A stretch of DNA of 64,000 nt from NCBI RefSeq assembly GCF_006345805.1, contig NC_043002.1:52266001-52330000 (forward strand), read 5' to 3'. This DNA comes from Octopus sinensis (taxonomy: Eukaryota). Positions 52,861 to 64,000 of the stretch are shown in pieces (the first letter of the stretch is position 1; each line of letters starts with the position of its first letter). The notes below the pieces were generated by a model. It saw only the letters and a list, made by a program, of their open reading frames with translations. It was not told the DNA's origin and searched no databases. The translations under genes were made by a program, and so were the position numbers.

Positions 52861-53598
52861 TGTTTGGGTAAAAATAGGGTCTTATATGCCATCAAATAAC
52901 GTCCTAAATAATTTACCATTTCCGTATTAAGGTAGCACGATGATAAGGCAAAAAGTAAATCTGATAGGATTTGAACTGAGAACGTAAAAATGTGTCTTAT
53001 ACGCCATCACATACTGTGCTTAATTTATCATTTCTCTGGTGGGGTAGAATGAAGGTAAGACAAAAAGTAAATCTAACAGGATTTGAACTCAGAACTCAGA
53101 ATGCACGAAGCAAGATATTTTGTTCAGCTCTCTATCAATTTCATCATCTGTTACTGCTACAGCAATAGAAATAACGATAGTAACAACAAGAACAACAAAA
53201 ATGTAAAGATTGTTGATGCCTGAGAGGAAATAACTAGTTTTTCACGCTGTATTGAATGCGGTGTTTGATGACATGATCCCTGTTGGCTTGCCTCAGTTTC
53301 TTGCAACCACCACCACCATCATCTCCACCACAAGCATTACTTCATTCTTTCTCTCCGACTATCTCTATTAACATCAGCATCTTTAGCACCCTCATTCCTA
53401 CCACCACCACCACCACCACCACTATCACCACCACTACTGCCTCTAACAACTCTATGAGCAGTAATACGTATGCCATTACAATTACCGTTGCCATTAATCA
53501 AAACCTTCTCTTCAATAGGGTGGATCTACATTTAAATACGTTTTTCCGCTATCACGTGAAATTGCCTTAATCAATGTTCTACTTTCATTTTATTTCTT

Positions 53599-53656
<58 letters not shown>

Positions 53657-53799
53657 CTGTTCAAACTCAGTCTGTCAACGCCCACTTCTACCACTTCAGC
53701 GTAACACGAACGCGGCTGCCACTTTCTGAAAACTCGAGACTCCATATAGGAAAATTGAATGAATGAATTATGATGATGATGATAATAATAATAATAATG

Positions 53800-53833
<34 letters not shown>

Positions 53834-54731
53834 TTAGACAAAAAATAGAGCCACGCCCACTTCCACCACCTGAAACCGACTGCTACTGCAACAGTCACAC
53901 TTCTTTAAGTTGTTATTTTCTCTAATTCAAGAATGATATTAGGATGTTGGATGAGATATACATATTTATATGGGAGATAAAAGAGCCACACCCATATTCA
54001 TTAACAACGTTTGACAATGAGAGGTGTAAAAATTCCAATGCTCTTCAATGCAAATATGCATCAAGTTGAATATTTTATAAACGATCAATCGACCAATGAA
54101 AATTGCGGAGAAGTGAATCTAAATTAATGTGACAGACTGGGTGGAGCTAAACAATAGATTGAGACGTTAAATCTTCTATCATGTTTAAATTTTCTTTTCC
54201 TTATCCATTTTTTTTTTAGTTTTATCTTTATATGATTTTATTTTTTAATTTTCATTCTCTCTTATCGAAGAATTTGATGAAAAATTCTTATTCTCTAGTA
54301 ATTGGTAATGATCCACTGTAATATTAGGTGGGCTTTATTTCATCACTTTCATTGGTTCCAACCATTTCCAAACGTTAATTGCCTTCTCAGAACTGAATAT
54401 TGATGCGGAAATTTCAAGACGTTTTCTGTTAGCAAAAATATATAAAACCAACAATGCTTTCTGACCGATTCTGAGTTCTTTTGGTTTTCTCTTCTTTTCC
54501 ACATATTTTATTTATTTGGTTATTTTTTTATCGATTTCTTTTTACTTATTTAGAATTTTCTGTTGTTTTTTTTATTTCTGTTTGATTTATTTGCGAATTT
54601 CTTCTTTTTTTTTATTTTTCGATATATTCTTCGACAACACCGTCAAAAGTCTGAACCACAATACTTTTGCATATATTCCGTTTGCACTGTGACTTATACA
54701 AGACGCGTATACACACACACACACACGCACA

Positions 54732-54789
<58 letters not shown>

Positions 54790-54996
54790 AAACAATTACA
54801 ACGAGTACGGAGACTGGCACATTTTCAAAATTTAACAATTAATTATACCGCATAATTAGTTATTTAATCAGTAGTGGTACCTGCCTGGATAATGTATCCC
54901 TGTGTACGTATCGTATAATGTGTGTGTGTGTGTGTGTGTATGTGTGTGTGTGTGTGTGTGTGTGTAGTATGCTTTATATATATATATATATGTGTG

Positions 54997-57420
54997 TATG
55001 AGAAGGTTGTTCCGAAATTAATGCAAAAATGGTCAAAACATTTTTATTAACTGACACAAGCCGTTCAAATTGCATACGTTGGTAGGGCAACTCTTCAATG
55101 ATAATAACTCTTCTTCCTGTCCTTCTTCATTGTAGGCAAATAAAAAATTCCAAACAGAATCAATGCGCCTTCATTAAGTTATTGACGAAGGATAAGGATA
55201 AGTGCAAGCGGTACGATATTCACAGAAGACTACATGTTGTTTACGGAGATGACACAATTGACAAGATCAATGTATACAAATAGATGGGGAAATTTAAAGA
55301 AGGAGAAACCAACTTGGAAAAAAACAAACAAAAAAAAAACATTCAGTGAGAGACCATCAAATGCTATTATAGACATGAATCTCAAACGAATGAACGAATT
55401 GTCAAACGTGTCCATAGTTCGTGAGTTCGCTGCATAATTCGACCATAGTTACAATACATTAAAGAAAATGGTGTAAGACTTTGGGTATTAGAGAATGTAC
55501 ACAAAGTATCTCGGCAGTTGAAGGGGAGAAGAGTGATAGTCCATTCTGATCTATCAGACGCATTTGATGCCAATGAAGACACTTTTTTCTGATCTGGTGA
55601 CTGATATGAAAAATGGCTGTATCTTTATGAGGCAAAAACGAAGGCCCAATTTATGGAATGGAGTTATACATCTTCCATGATGCTTAAGAAGTTTAAGAAG
55701 CAACGATCAGCATAAAATGTCATTGTGACTGTTTTTTTATTCAGAACCTAGTTGCGTCGTGAACAGCAAAGGGTGTAATGAAACACTTAGAAAATTAGAG
55801 AAGCCGTTAGGAGGAACGGACTGAATAAGAATTTTTAAACGATCTATATTCACCAGGACAACGAGTAACCATCCAAAGTTTTAGCAACTAATCAAGCAGT
55901 CAGCAAATTGGGCTAGTCAGAAGACCCATCCCCCGTTAAACTCGACGTTGACATCCTCCGACATCGGAGAGTAAGATTTGAAGACACAGACGTAATGGAA
56001 GAGATTGTTAAGATATAAGCGCAACAGTTCACACCTGGATCTTTTAGAGAATTCAAGAGCTACGAAGGTCGGCTGAAAAGTTCATAGGCCGATCGAGATA
56101 CTTTCATGGAATGCGACCAAATGAGGTTTATTTTTCTGTATAGTCTCCCTTGCAGTTTACACACTTCTTCCATCGGTGTTTCAGTGCTTCGATCACATTG
56201 GAGAAGAATCTTTCATCCTGTCACTCAAAGAAATCTTCGATAGCAGGTGTGACGACATCATGATTCCGATACTGGTTCCCAGTCAAGTATTTTACCATGT
56301 TGAGAAACAGATAATAGTTAGAATGGGGCCATATCAGGAGAATAGGAAAGGTAGGCAACCAATTGAAAACCACAGTCATACACAGCAGCCATTGAAACCA
56401 AGGACTGGTGTACTGATTAAACAAGTCCTCTTTTGTCAGTTTTCCTGGGTGTTTGGTTTTGATAGCCCTTTGTAACTGCCTCAGCAAGTAGGCATAGTAC
56501 TCTCCATTGATGATGTGCCCTTTTCAAAATAGTCAATAAACACAATGCCTTTTGTATCCCAAAAGACTGAGGCCATCACCTTTCTTGGAGATGAAAGACC
56601 TTTGCCTTCTTTAAAGCAGGTGAGGAGGGGGTGTTTCCATCGCATGGACTGTTTCTTAGCTCTGGTTTAACGGACTCATCTTGGGCGAGGAAAAGTTCAA
56701 GGAAGCCTGCTGGATCTGCCTTAAACAATGTCAAATTTCCCTGTGATGTGATCAACCTGATACGCTTTTGACCAGGTATCAAATGACGTGGCACCCATCG
56801 AGCAGAAACCTTCGCCTTGACAAGTTCATTGTGCAGAATATTCTCAACCCTCCCATGGGATTCGTCAATAGCATTAGTAATTTGATTTGTAGTCAAGCGT
56901 CTGTCTTCCATCACTATGTGGTGAACACGATCAATGTTTTCCTCGGTAGTGGCAGTTGCAGGATGTCCATATCTATGGTTACCTTCAATACTCTCCTTTT
57001 CCCCCTCCTAAATTCAGCTGCCCACTTTTGCACTGTTAATAAAGCCGGAACGTCATCTCCTAATGTAGCAACCATGTCAGCATGTCCTTGGAATCTAAAC
57101 CGTTTTTCTGCAGATACTTGATAGCCCTACGACGCCAAATTTTGCCCATTTACAACAGAAGTCGCTGCTTGTTACTTTTGAAGTCTTATTTGAATAGTCA
57201 AATCTGACTTTACCTGGAAAGAGACAATACAGTTATTTATAAGTAGAGTTGAAATTAATTCATGGAAGATTTCACAGCTCTAGTGTTATTATTTCATAAT
57301 TACCCTATGAACATTTCAGACCACTCTTGTAGATTCAACATTGGTGCCAATACATATATTTTTATTGGAGATTATGTCGAGCGGTACATTTTTATGAAGG
57401 AAAAGTTAGCGTAGTAATAT
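54997..57420 (+). mobile_element. Decayed mariner (plus) interrupted by a younger mariner
   Basis: HTH-like Q.AFIK..DIHRRLHVVYGD..FKEGETNLE..SERPS and D.KWLYLYEAKTKAQFMEW. C-terminal GDYVE resumes after 57331. Confidence 0.65.
56063..57329 (-). mobile_element. Full-length (~1.27 kb) decayed mariner with TIRs and TA TSD
   Basis: TA-cgaaggtcggctgaaaagttcatagg ... cctatgaacatttcagaccactcttg-TA. Motifs KVSARWVPRHL and YSPDMAP. ORF broken. Confidence 0.88.
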
Positions 57421-57569
57421 GTGCAATTTGTAAGACCTATTTCAGATTATAAATATAGGTACGCCCATTTTGCATTACACACACACACCTACAAGTATGA
57501 TAAGTATGTAAACATAAACGTACTTTTATACATACATAACCACATGCACAAGCACACACACATATCTAT

Positions 57570-57647
<78 letters not shown>

Positions 57648-58170
57648 CTAGGCATGCAGCTAAAAGCATGAGAATACATATATAAAATAAAACATACAAA
57701 TTTGCACGTGCACTGGATCCAAATATTGCACACGGACACAAACATGCACAAATACCGCGTTGATGCTTAAAATTCCAACCACGTAACGTTGGATATCGGT
57801 TTAGAAATCGGGTCTTTCTCTTTTGGTGAGAAATCTTGAAATAAAACATAGTTATTAATATATATGCTATGCACATATACTACATATATTTGTAAAAGCA
57901 CAAGAAATGCCAGTAAGTATTTTGTCCGATGCACTAACGATTCTGTCACCTCGCTACCTTACACTAGCATTTCAATAACAATGGTCTCTAAGCGTAAGCT
58001 TAATCATAAAAAGGTTTTTCGATTTCTTATGTACTAAATCATTCTAAACGTGTGATTGTTTTCCAAAAATTTATTGCCACACAGCCCGCACCGTTCATGT
58101 AAAATATAATTATACAATTACACAAAAAGTTAATCGTTCCTGTAATCTTGTATTCTATTTTCTATCCAAG

Positions 58171-58393
58171 GTATTGGTCTATCGATATTCGTGATATCTA
58201 CCTACGTAGCTTTCTACTACAATACGATTATAGCGTGGTCGGTTTATTACTTGTTTTCATCGTTTAACTATGAAGTACCTTGGCTGAGTTGTAACAACAG
58301 CTGGAACAGTGACAATTGCACAACCTTCGAACAACGACGAAACCAATCCTTACCTATGAATTTGTCCACCTCCTCTGCACAAGAGTTCTTTGA
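58171..58393 (+). CDS. SLC6A4: SERT-like transporter internal coding exon (TM3 and first part of EL2)
   Basis: Acceptor tctatccaAG|gtatt, donor tttga|GTAAGT. 223 bp, phase 1/2, in frame with the previous exon. (G)IGLSIFVISTYVAFYYNTIIAWSVYYLFSSFNYEVPWLSCNNSWNSDNCTTFEQRRNQSLPMNLSTSSAQEFF(E): YYN motif, PW..C..SWN...C EL2 disulfide pair, SERT-type NTII. Confidence 0.93.
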
Positions 58394-58534
58394 GTAAGTT
58401 ATGTAATTCATTTCTTCTCATATCGCTATTTTTTTAATTGTACACAAATGTTTCCTTTTTTTAAACTATGTATGTTTGTATTTGTTTGTGCATATGAAAA
58501 TATGTATAAGTACGAGTGCTAGTATTTTATGCAT

Positions 58535-58935
58535 AGGAATGGCTGTGTAGTTAAGAAGCTCGCTTTGCAACTATGTGGTTTCGGGTTCAGTCCACTGTGC
58601 GGCCTCTTGGGCAAGTGTCTTTTTCTATAGTCCTGGATCAACGAATACCTTGTAAGTGAATTTAATAAAGGGGAAACTGTGTGGAAGCTGTTCTATATAT
58701 GTCTCCGTGTGTGTCTGTGTATGTGTGGGTGTATGTGTATGTTTGTTTTTGTCCTCCACCACCGCTTTGCATCCACTGCTAGTTTGTTTACGTCCCCGTA
58801 ATTTAGCTGTTTGGCAAAAAACCGATAGAATATGTACCAAACTTAGAAATAGTACTGGGGTCGATTTGTTCGAGTAAACCCTTTGAGAGGATGGCCTAGC
58901 ATATTCACAGTCTAAATTGAAAGAAATAAGATATA
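58535..58935 (+). mobile_element. Family-B SINE, ~140 bp downstream of the TM3 exon
   Basis: tggctgtgtagttaagaagctcgc..ttcgggttcagtcc..cttgggcaagtgtc. Confidence 0.78.
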
Positions 58936-59094
58936 AGGGATCCATAAAGGATCAAGACAGGTTTGCCTGATGAGTTGGGAGTTATGTTAAGTATCACACC
59001 TTCTTACTAATGGTATTATATTAAACTTACGTCAAACTAAAAATTTCTAACGATTGTATTATATTGTGCTTATGTCAAACTAATGACTTCTATG

Positions 59095-59404
59095 GGTACA
59101 ACGGCAAGGGTTCCAGGTCGTCAAATCAACGGAACAGCCTGCTCGTGAAAATAACGTGCAAGTGGCTGAGCACTTCACAGACACGTGTACCCTTATCGTA
59201 GTCCTCAGGGAGATTTAGTGTGATACATTATGTGACAAGGCTGGTCCTTTGAAGTACAGGTACTACTCATTTTTCCCAACCAAGTGGACTGGAGCAACGT
59301 GAAATAAAATATTTTACTGAAAGACACAACGCGCTGCTGGTAATGGAGTTCACGATCTTACCACCGTGAGCAGAATACCCTAACCTCTGAGCCAATCCCG
59401 TCAC
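59095..59404 (-). mobile_element. Family-C SINE
   Basis: Reverse-complement similarity to 41110-41431. Confidence 0.78.
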
Positions 59405-59940
59405 AGGCATTGAATATTACTACACATAGAGCCGGATCAGATGCAACAAGAGATATTCTCCGACTCTCTAGCATTTCAACCGATCCATTATTCTAAAGTC
59501 GTAACGTTTTGTTGACCCTGATTGGATGAAAGGCAAAGTTTGACTCTGAATTGTTTATTCGCTATGTCTAGCCGAGACTACTTCGTGTCTGGAGTAATCT
59601 AAGCGCGTGATATTGTCAAGCCACTAAGACAGCAAAATGCATATCTGTCCCCCTCACAGTCGTTTCCGGAACGATTTCATTTTGTCTACCTCTGAAGTAT
59701 ATTGTGTCTAATTTAAAAAAAAATAAACTACGTCTGTAAAGGAAATTTATCTCCAGAAGGCCACTGCAGCTTTTGACTTTTCAACCATATGTATACGTAT
59801 ACCACATCACACACACACACACACCACATACACTTATATATATACATATATATATATACATGCATATATATGTATATATATATGTATATATGTATATATA
59901 TGTATGTATATGTATAAATGTATATATATGTATATATATG

Positions 59941-59978
<38 letters not shown>

Positions 59979-60710
59979 TATATGTGTGTATATTATGTGG
60001 TAATATATGTGTATATATATTATGTATATGTAATATATATGTATATGTAATATATGGTATATATATATATATATGTAGGTATAATGTATATATATATATA
60101 TATATATGAATGTATGTATGTATTTGTATGTATTTGAAAGTCTATAAGAATTATTTAATAGATTTTTGAAGTGTATATATGATTTTTAGAGAAAAAAAAT
60201 ATAAAATCACATATCAAGAAGTCTTTTTCTAGCGTGTGATCGCTTTTGCGTAACCTTTTCTAACACAAGTGCTCTTAAAGAGGATGTTGTTATTTTTGTA
60301 GTATTAGTATTAATTGCTTCCTGTTTATTTTTGGAATAATGCTTCTACTTAAGCATTCTTTTACCATTGTTTATTATATGAAGTGTTGGTTATTTTCGGT
60401 TTAATCACGGATTTAGAATTATTATAGGGCATCCTGATTTTGCCTTTCATAGTTGAACATTTTCATAATTTATTTTGTAAAATGGGAATATATTAAAATT
60501 TCCATTTGGAAAGATATCTAGACGTTCACTCCATGGGACAATCCTATACGTAAATACATACACACATACATACATATATACATACATACATACATACATA
60601 CATACATACATACATACATACATACATACATACATACATACATACACACTAAAACTCACAAGCACACATATACATAAGTATATATGCATATGTATATATA
60701 TAAGTATATA

Positions 60711-60817
60711 AGATAAAACTTACTTGGAAGAGGATGCGTGGCGTTCAGTCATATAATAATATAAATAACATATGTATACATAAGAGTATATATATATATA
60801 TATATATCTATAATATA

Positions 60818-60863
<46 letters not shown>

Positions 60864-61022
60864 ATATGTATATATATAAGTATATATTTGTATATGTATA
60901 TTATATATATGTATATATATAGTATATATTTGTATATATATATGTATATGTATGTATGTATGTATATATATATATATATGTATATATATAAGTATATATT
61001 TGTATATATATATATAAGTGTT

Positions 61023-61053
<31 letters not shown>

Positions 61054-62719
61054 TATAGGTATAATAATAAGTATATATATATATTATATCTATATATACA
61101 CATATATATATAATATATATAATATTCAATGATATAAATAATATATATATGCATATATACATACGTATATGTAGATACATCTATATATACGTATATATAT
61201 ATATATATATATATATAACATACGTATATGTAGATACATCTATACGTATATACATTTTATTTTATTTTTATTTTATTAAGTTTCAGCTCACGAGCTGTGA
61301 CCATGCTGGGGTACCGTCATTCGGTGTTGGTACATGATTTTACTTCACGAATGCTTTTTAGCAATTGACATTTGGTGCATGAGAGAGTTTGATGCAGCTG
61401 CTCTCATCTGCACCTCCTGCCGTGAAGTTAGTTTATCTGGGACACCTGACAGGAAGAGATCCCGTTTTATTTTAAAGACATCTGCATCCACCCCATGCAG
61501 GTCTCTCAGGTCCTTCGGGAGGATATTGAAGAGCTGTGGACCTCTGAAGCCCAGGCTATCACAGTATCTTTTCCTACATCTTGATGGCAAATTTGGAGTC
61601 CTTGGCACTATGCAGTGGCACCCAGTTCTAGTATTTGTGTAACTCTCGATGCCAAAGTTTGGGACAAGTCCTTCCAGGATCTTCCAGATGTATATTATGG
61701 CATATCTTTCTCGCCTACGTTCTAATGAATAGAGTGTTAATCTCTTGAGTCTTTCCCAATAGTTTATATGCTGCGCAGAGGCTATCTTCTTCGTGTAGCT
61801 TCGTTGGATCGCCTCAAGTTCTGTGATTAATTTGACACTGGTTGGTGACCATAGCTGAGAGCAATAGTCAAAGTGGCTTAGGACAAGTGTCCCCCAGAGG
61901 ACCATCATGGTTTCCTGGTCTCTTGTTCTAAAAGCTCTAAGAATCCATCCGGTCAGTCGCCTACATTTCATTGCCAATTTAGCAACATGCACATGAAAGG
62001 TTGCATCATTACTCATGTAAATACCCAGGTCTCGCACTGATTGTGCCTCGCATATATGGATACAGGACATCATGGACGTGTACAACAAAAAATACGAAGT
62101 ATGAGCACATGGAATATGAACTATTTTTCGAACAACGAAAGACATAAATGGAAAACAAGACAAGCAACATAAAGAACGACCCTTCAAAAGTTGTTGGTTG
62201 TTTTTCTACTCTCTTATTTCGAGCATCTAACAACAATATACGCTTTCGATAAAACAGTTGCTGCCGCAAAGCAAATATAATAAAATTTGGGATTTTGCGG
62301 AGGGTCAAAATAGGTAACACAAACAGGACAGTGAATGCAAACAGGAAGAGCTGCTAAGCCTAAGTGAGGTTGTGGTGGCGAACGCGTAAATCAAGCTTGG
62401 ACAGGAGACAGACAAGAACAAATCTTCCTTGTTCCAGCTAAAACGGAGAGATAGAAATATACACAAGTGAGGAGAAGAAAGAAAGATGCCGATAGCCACG
62501 TGGGAGCTACGTGAGCAAGGGAGGATGAGTGGGGGAGAGTGAGTGATAGAGTAATAGGATAGAATAATGAGAGAAGAAGAGGTAAAAGTATAAGAGAAAG
62601 AAAGAGAAAAAATCGAAAGTGTAAAAAGATCGTATAGAGTACGCATCAGAATTATCAAGATAAAATTTACTTGGAAGAGGATGCATGGCGTTCAGGCACA
62701 TAATAATATAAATAATATC
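60711..62719. repeat. ~60-bp direct repeat (60711-60772 and 62658-62719) bounding a repeat element split by (TA)n and the CR1 insertion
   Basis: agataaaa(c/t)ttacttggaagaggatgc(g/a)tggcgttcag(t/g)ca(t/c)ataataatataaataa occurs at both positions. Confidence 0.8.
61260..62050 (-). mobile_element. Young 5'-truncated CR1-clade LINE 3' end
   Basis: Stop-free ~235 aa: VRDLGIYM..FHVHV..GWILRAFRTRD..LVLSHFDYCSQLWSP..LEAIQRSYTK..YWERLKRLTLYSLERRRERY..RGPQLFNILP. Then a 3'UTR hairpin and A-rich tail. Confidence 0.9.
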
Positions 62720-62730
62720 TAAATAATATT

Positions 62731-62878
62731 CAGCCTATCTAAACTTGCTGCGTGTATACTCTATGATGACATCCCTCACGCCGGACTTCTTTCTGATGAT
62801 CTCGCTACTGATGTGCTCTCTCAACGAGATACCAAGCATTGACCTTTCCATGGCTCTTTGAGCCGTTACCAGTCTCTG
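62731..62878 (-). mobile_element. Internal ~148-bp RTE fragment of the same young family as 28470-29160
   Basis: QRLVTAQRAMERSMLGISLREHISSEIIRKKSGVRDVIIEYTRSKFR; about 8 mismatches versus ~28791-28938 by eye. Confidence 0.9.
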
Positions 62879-63453
62879 GTAAAAAAGTAAAAGTGTCCAT
62901 AGAAATCTTGTATGCGCGCATGTACATACATACATACATACACATGCACGCACGCACACCCACGCACATGTGCCTATATGCATATGCTCATTCATACTCG
63001 CGTGAAACACATACCTGAGCATTTTTACTTTTTTACTTTCTCCCCTTCGGTTTTTTTCCCTTATTTAACGGTCATTCTAATAGCTCTTTTGTCTTAATAA
63101 CGGTCATTTACATAGTAATTTCCCTTTGTTTAATGGTCATTTTCATAGCATTTTTTGATTGCCTTGATAACTGACGAAATGCCGGAGCAGATTTCCTCCC
63201 CGACATCCGAAACTCGGAGTTTTATTATGGCAACCGAATAATTGTCACATATTATATTACACATACACACCACACACACACACACACACAACACACACAC
63301 ACATTTATATAAAAATAAATATGCATCTGTGTGTGTGTGTTTGTATGTGTGTCTGTGAAAAGAAGTGTAGATTTTAGGTGGAAATATACAATTAACATAT
63401 CGTAATTGTGTCATAATAAAAACTTAATTTTTGAATGTAATTTTTCATCACAG

Positions 63454-63592
63454 AAACAATATTCTGGAAATCCAGTATTCTAAAGGCATCGACGATGTTG
63501 GCGGAGTGAAATGGAAGATATTTCTATGTCTGCTGGGAGTTTTCAGTATTGTCTACTTTAGTTTATGGAAAGGAATCAAAAGTTCCGGCAAA
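63454..63592 (+). CDS. SLC6A4: SERT-like transporter internal coding exon (EL2 end, TM4, start of TM5)
   Basis: Acceptor tttttcatcacAG|aaac, donor ggcaaa|GTAAGT. 139 bp, phase 2/0. (E)[46 protein letters not shown] with the conserved YFSLWKG.KSSGK motif. The gene continues beyond the window. Confidence 0.93.
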
Positions 63593-64000
63593 GTAAGTAT
63601 CGTTCTGAGGATTTAAAAAAAAATACTGCATCAATGAAGAATTTGTTTTTATTCTGACGCAATATTATAGACACATAATCACGCGCAAACACAACACACG
63701 CTCGGAGTCACATCTAACGAACTTCTGCGAGACGTATTCAGACTTGCTGTCTTGAGATAACCCCACCCGATGGGTCATGTCCTCCTTCTGTCTTTACTTC
63801 ATCAGTCCTGGACGTCTGCCAGAGAGCTTTTTGGGAGCTGATCTTGTCCCTTTGACTAAGTCATAGAAACGCACACACAAACATACACACACACGCGCAC
63901 ACATGCGCGGGCGCATACATGCGCGGGCGCATACACACGCACACACACGCACACACATGTACGCGCGCACATATACGCACGAGCGCACGTGCACACAGAA

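Noticed and set aside
53650-54360. CCAAT- and GC-box-like motifs suggesting an intronic promoter
   Set aside because: Short motifs in repeat-like context; no independent support.
63725-63820. Minus-strand CTGATGA ... GAATACGTC hammerhead-like spacing
   Set aside because: GAAA box is interrupted and stems I and II pair poorly; at best a very decayed copy.

Overview
Eukaryotic, AT-rich, microsatellite- and transposon-saturated DNA. The SINE families and simple-repeat load look like an Octopus (coleoid cephalopod) genome; this is inference. The only host gene I can support is a + strand SLC6 monoamine transporter, most similar to the serotonin transporter (SERT/SLC6A4). Three internal coding exons (48463-48597, 58171-58393, 63454-63592) splice in frame at canonical AG/GT sites and cover TM2 to the start of TM5. 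The TM1 exon was not found, so bases 1-48462 are probably intron, with the caveat of a 100-N scaffold gap at 39534-39633. The rest is decayed mobile DNA: Tx1, R4/Dong-like, RTE and CR1-like LINEs, Penelope-like fragments, nested mariners, a Helitron helicase fragment, a non-autonomous Helitron and four tRNA-derived SINE families. Most interesting observations: (1) hammerhead-ribozyme motifs in repeat fragments, one with an intact core (29746-29836, -), one minimal variant in the gene's sense orientation (37445-37482, +), and one core-deleted remnant forming a ~92-nt hairpin (4259-4350); (2) 5'-inverted, twin-priming-like RTE insertions; (3) two mirror-image (TAA)n-targeted retroelement clusters; (4) inverted SINE/LINE pairs that could form dsRNA in the transporter pre-mRNA; (5) DAT/NET-like residues in TM3 of an otherwise SERT-like protein. 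Nearly all ORFs in the track are microsatellite or TE artefacts. No CRISPR, rRNA or true tRNA genes were seen.
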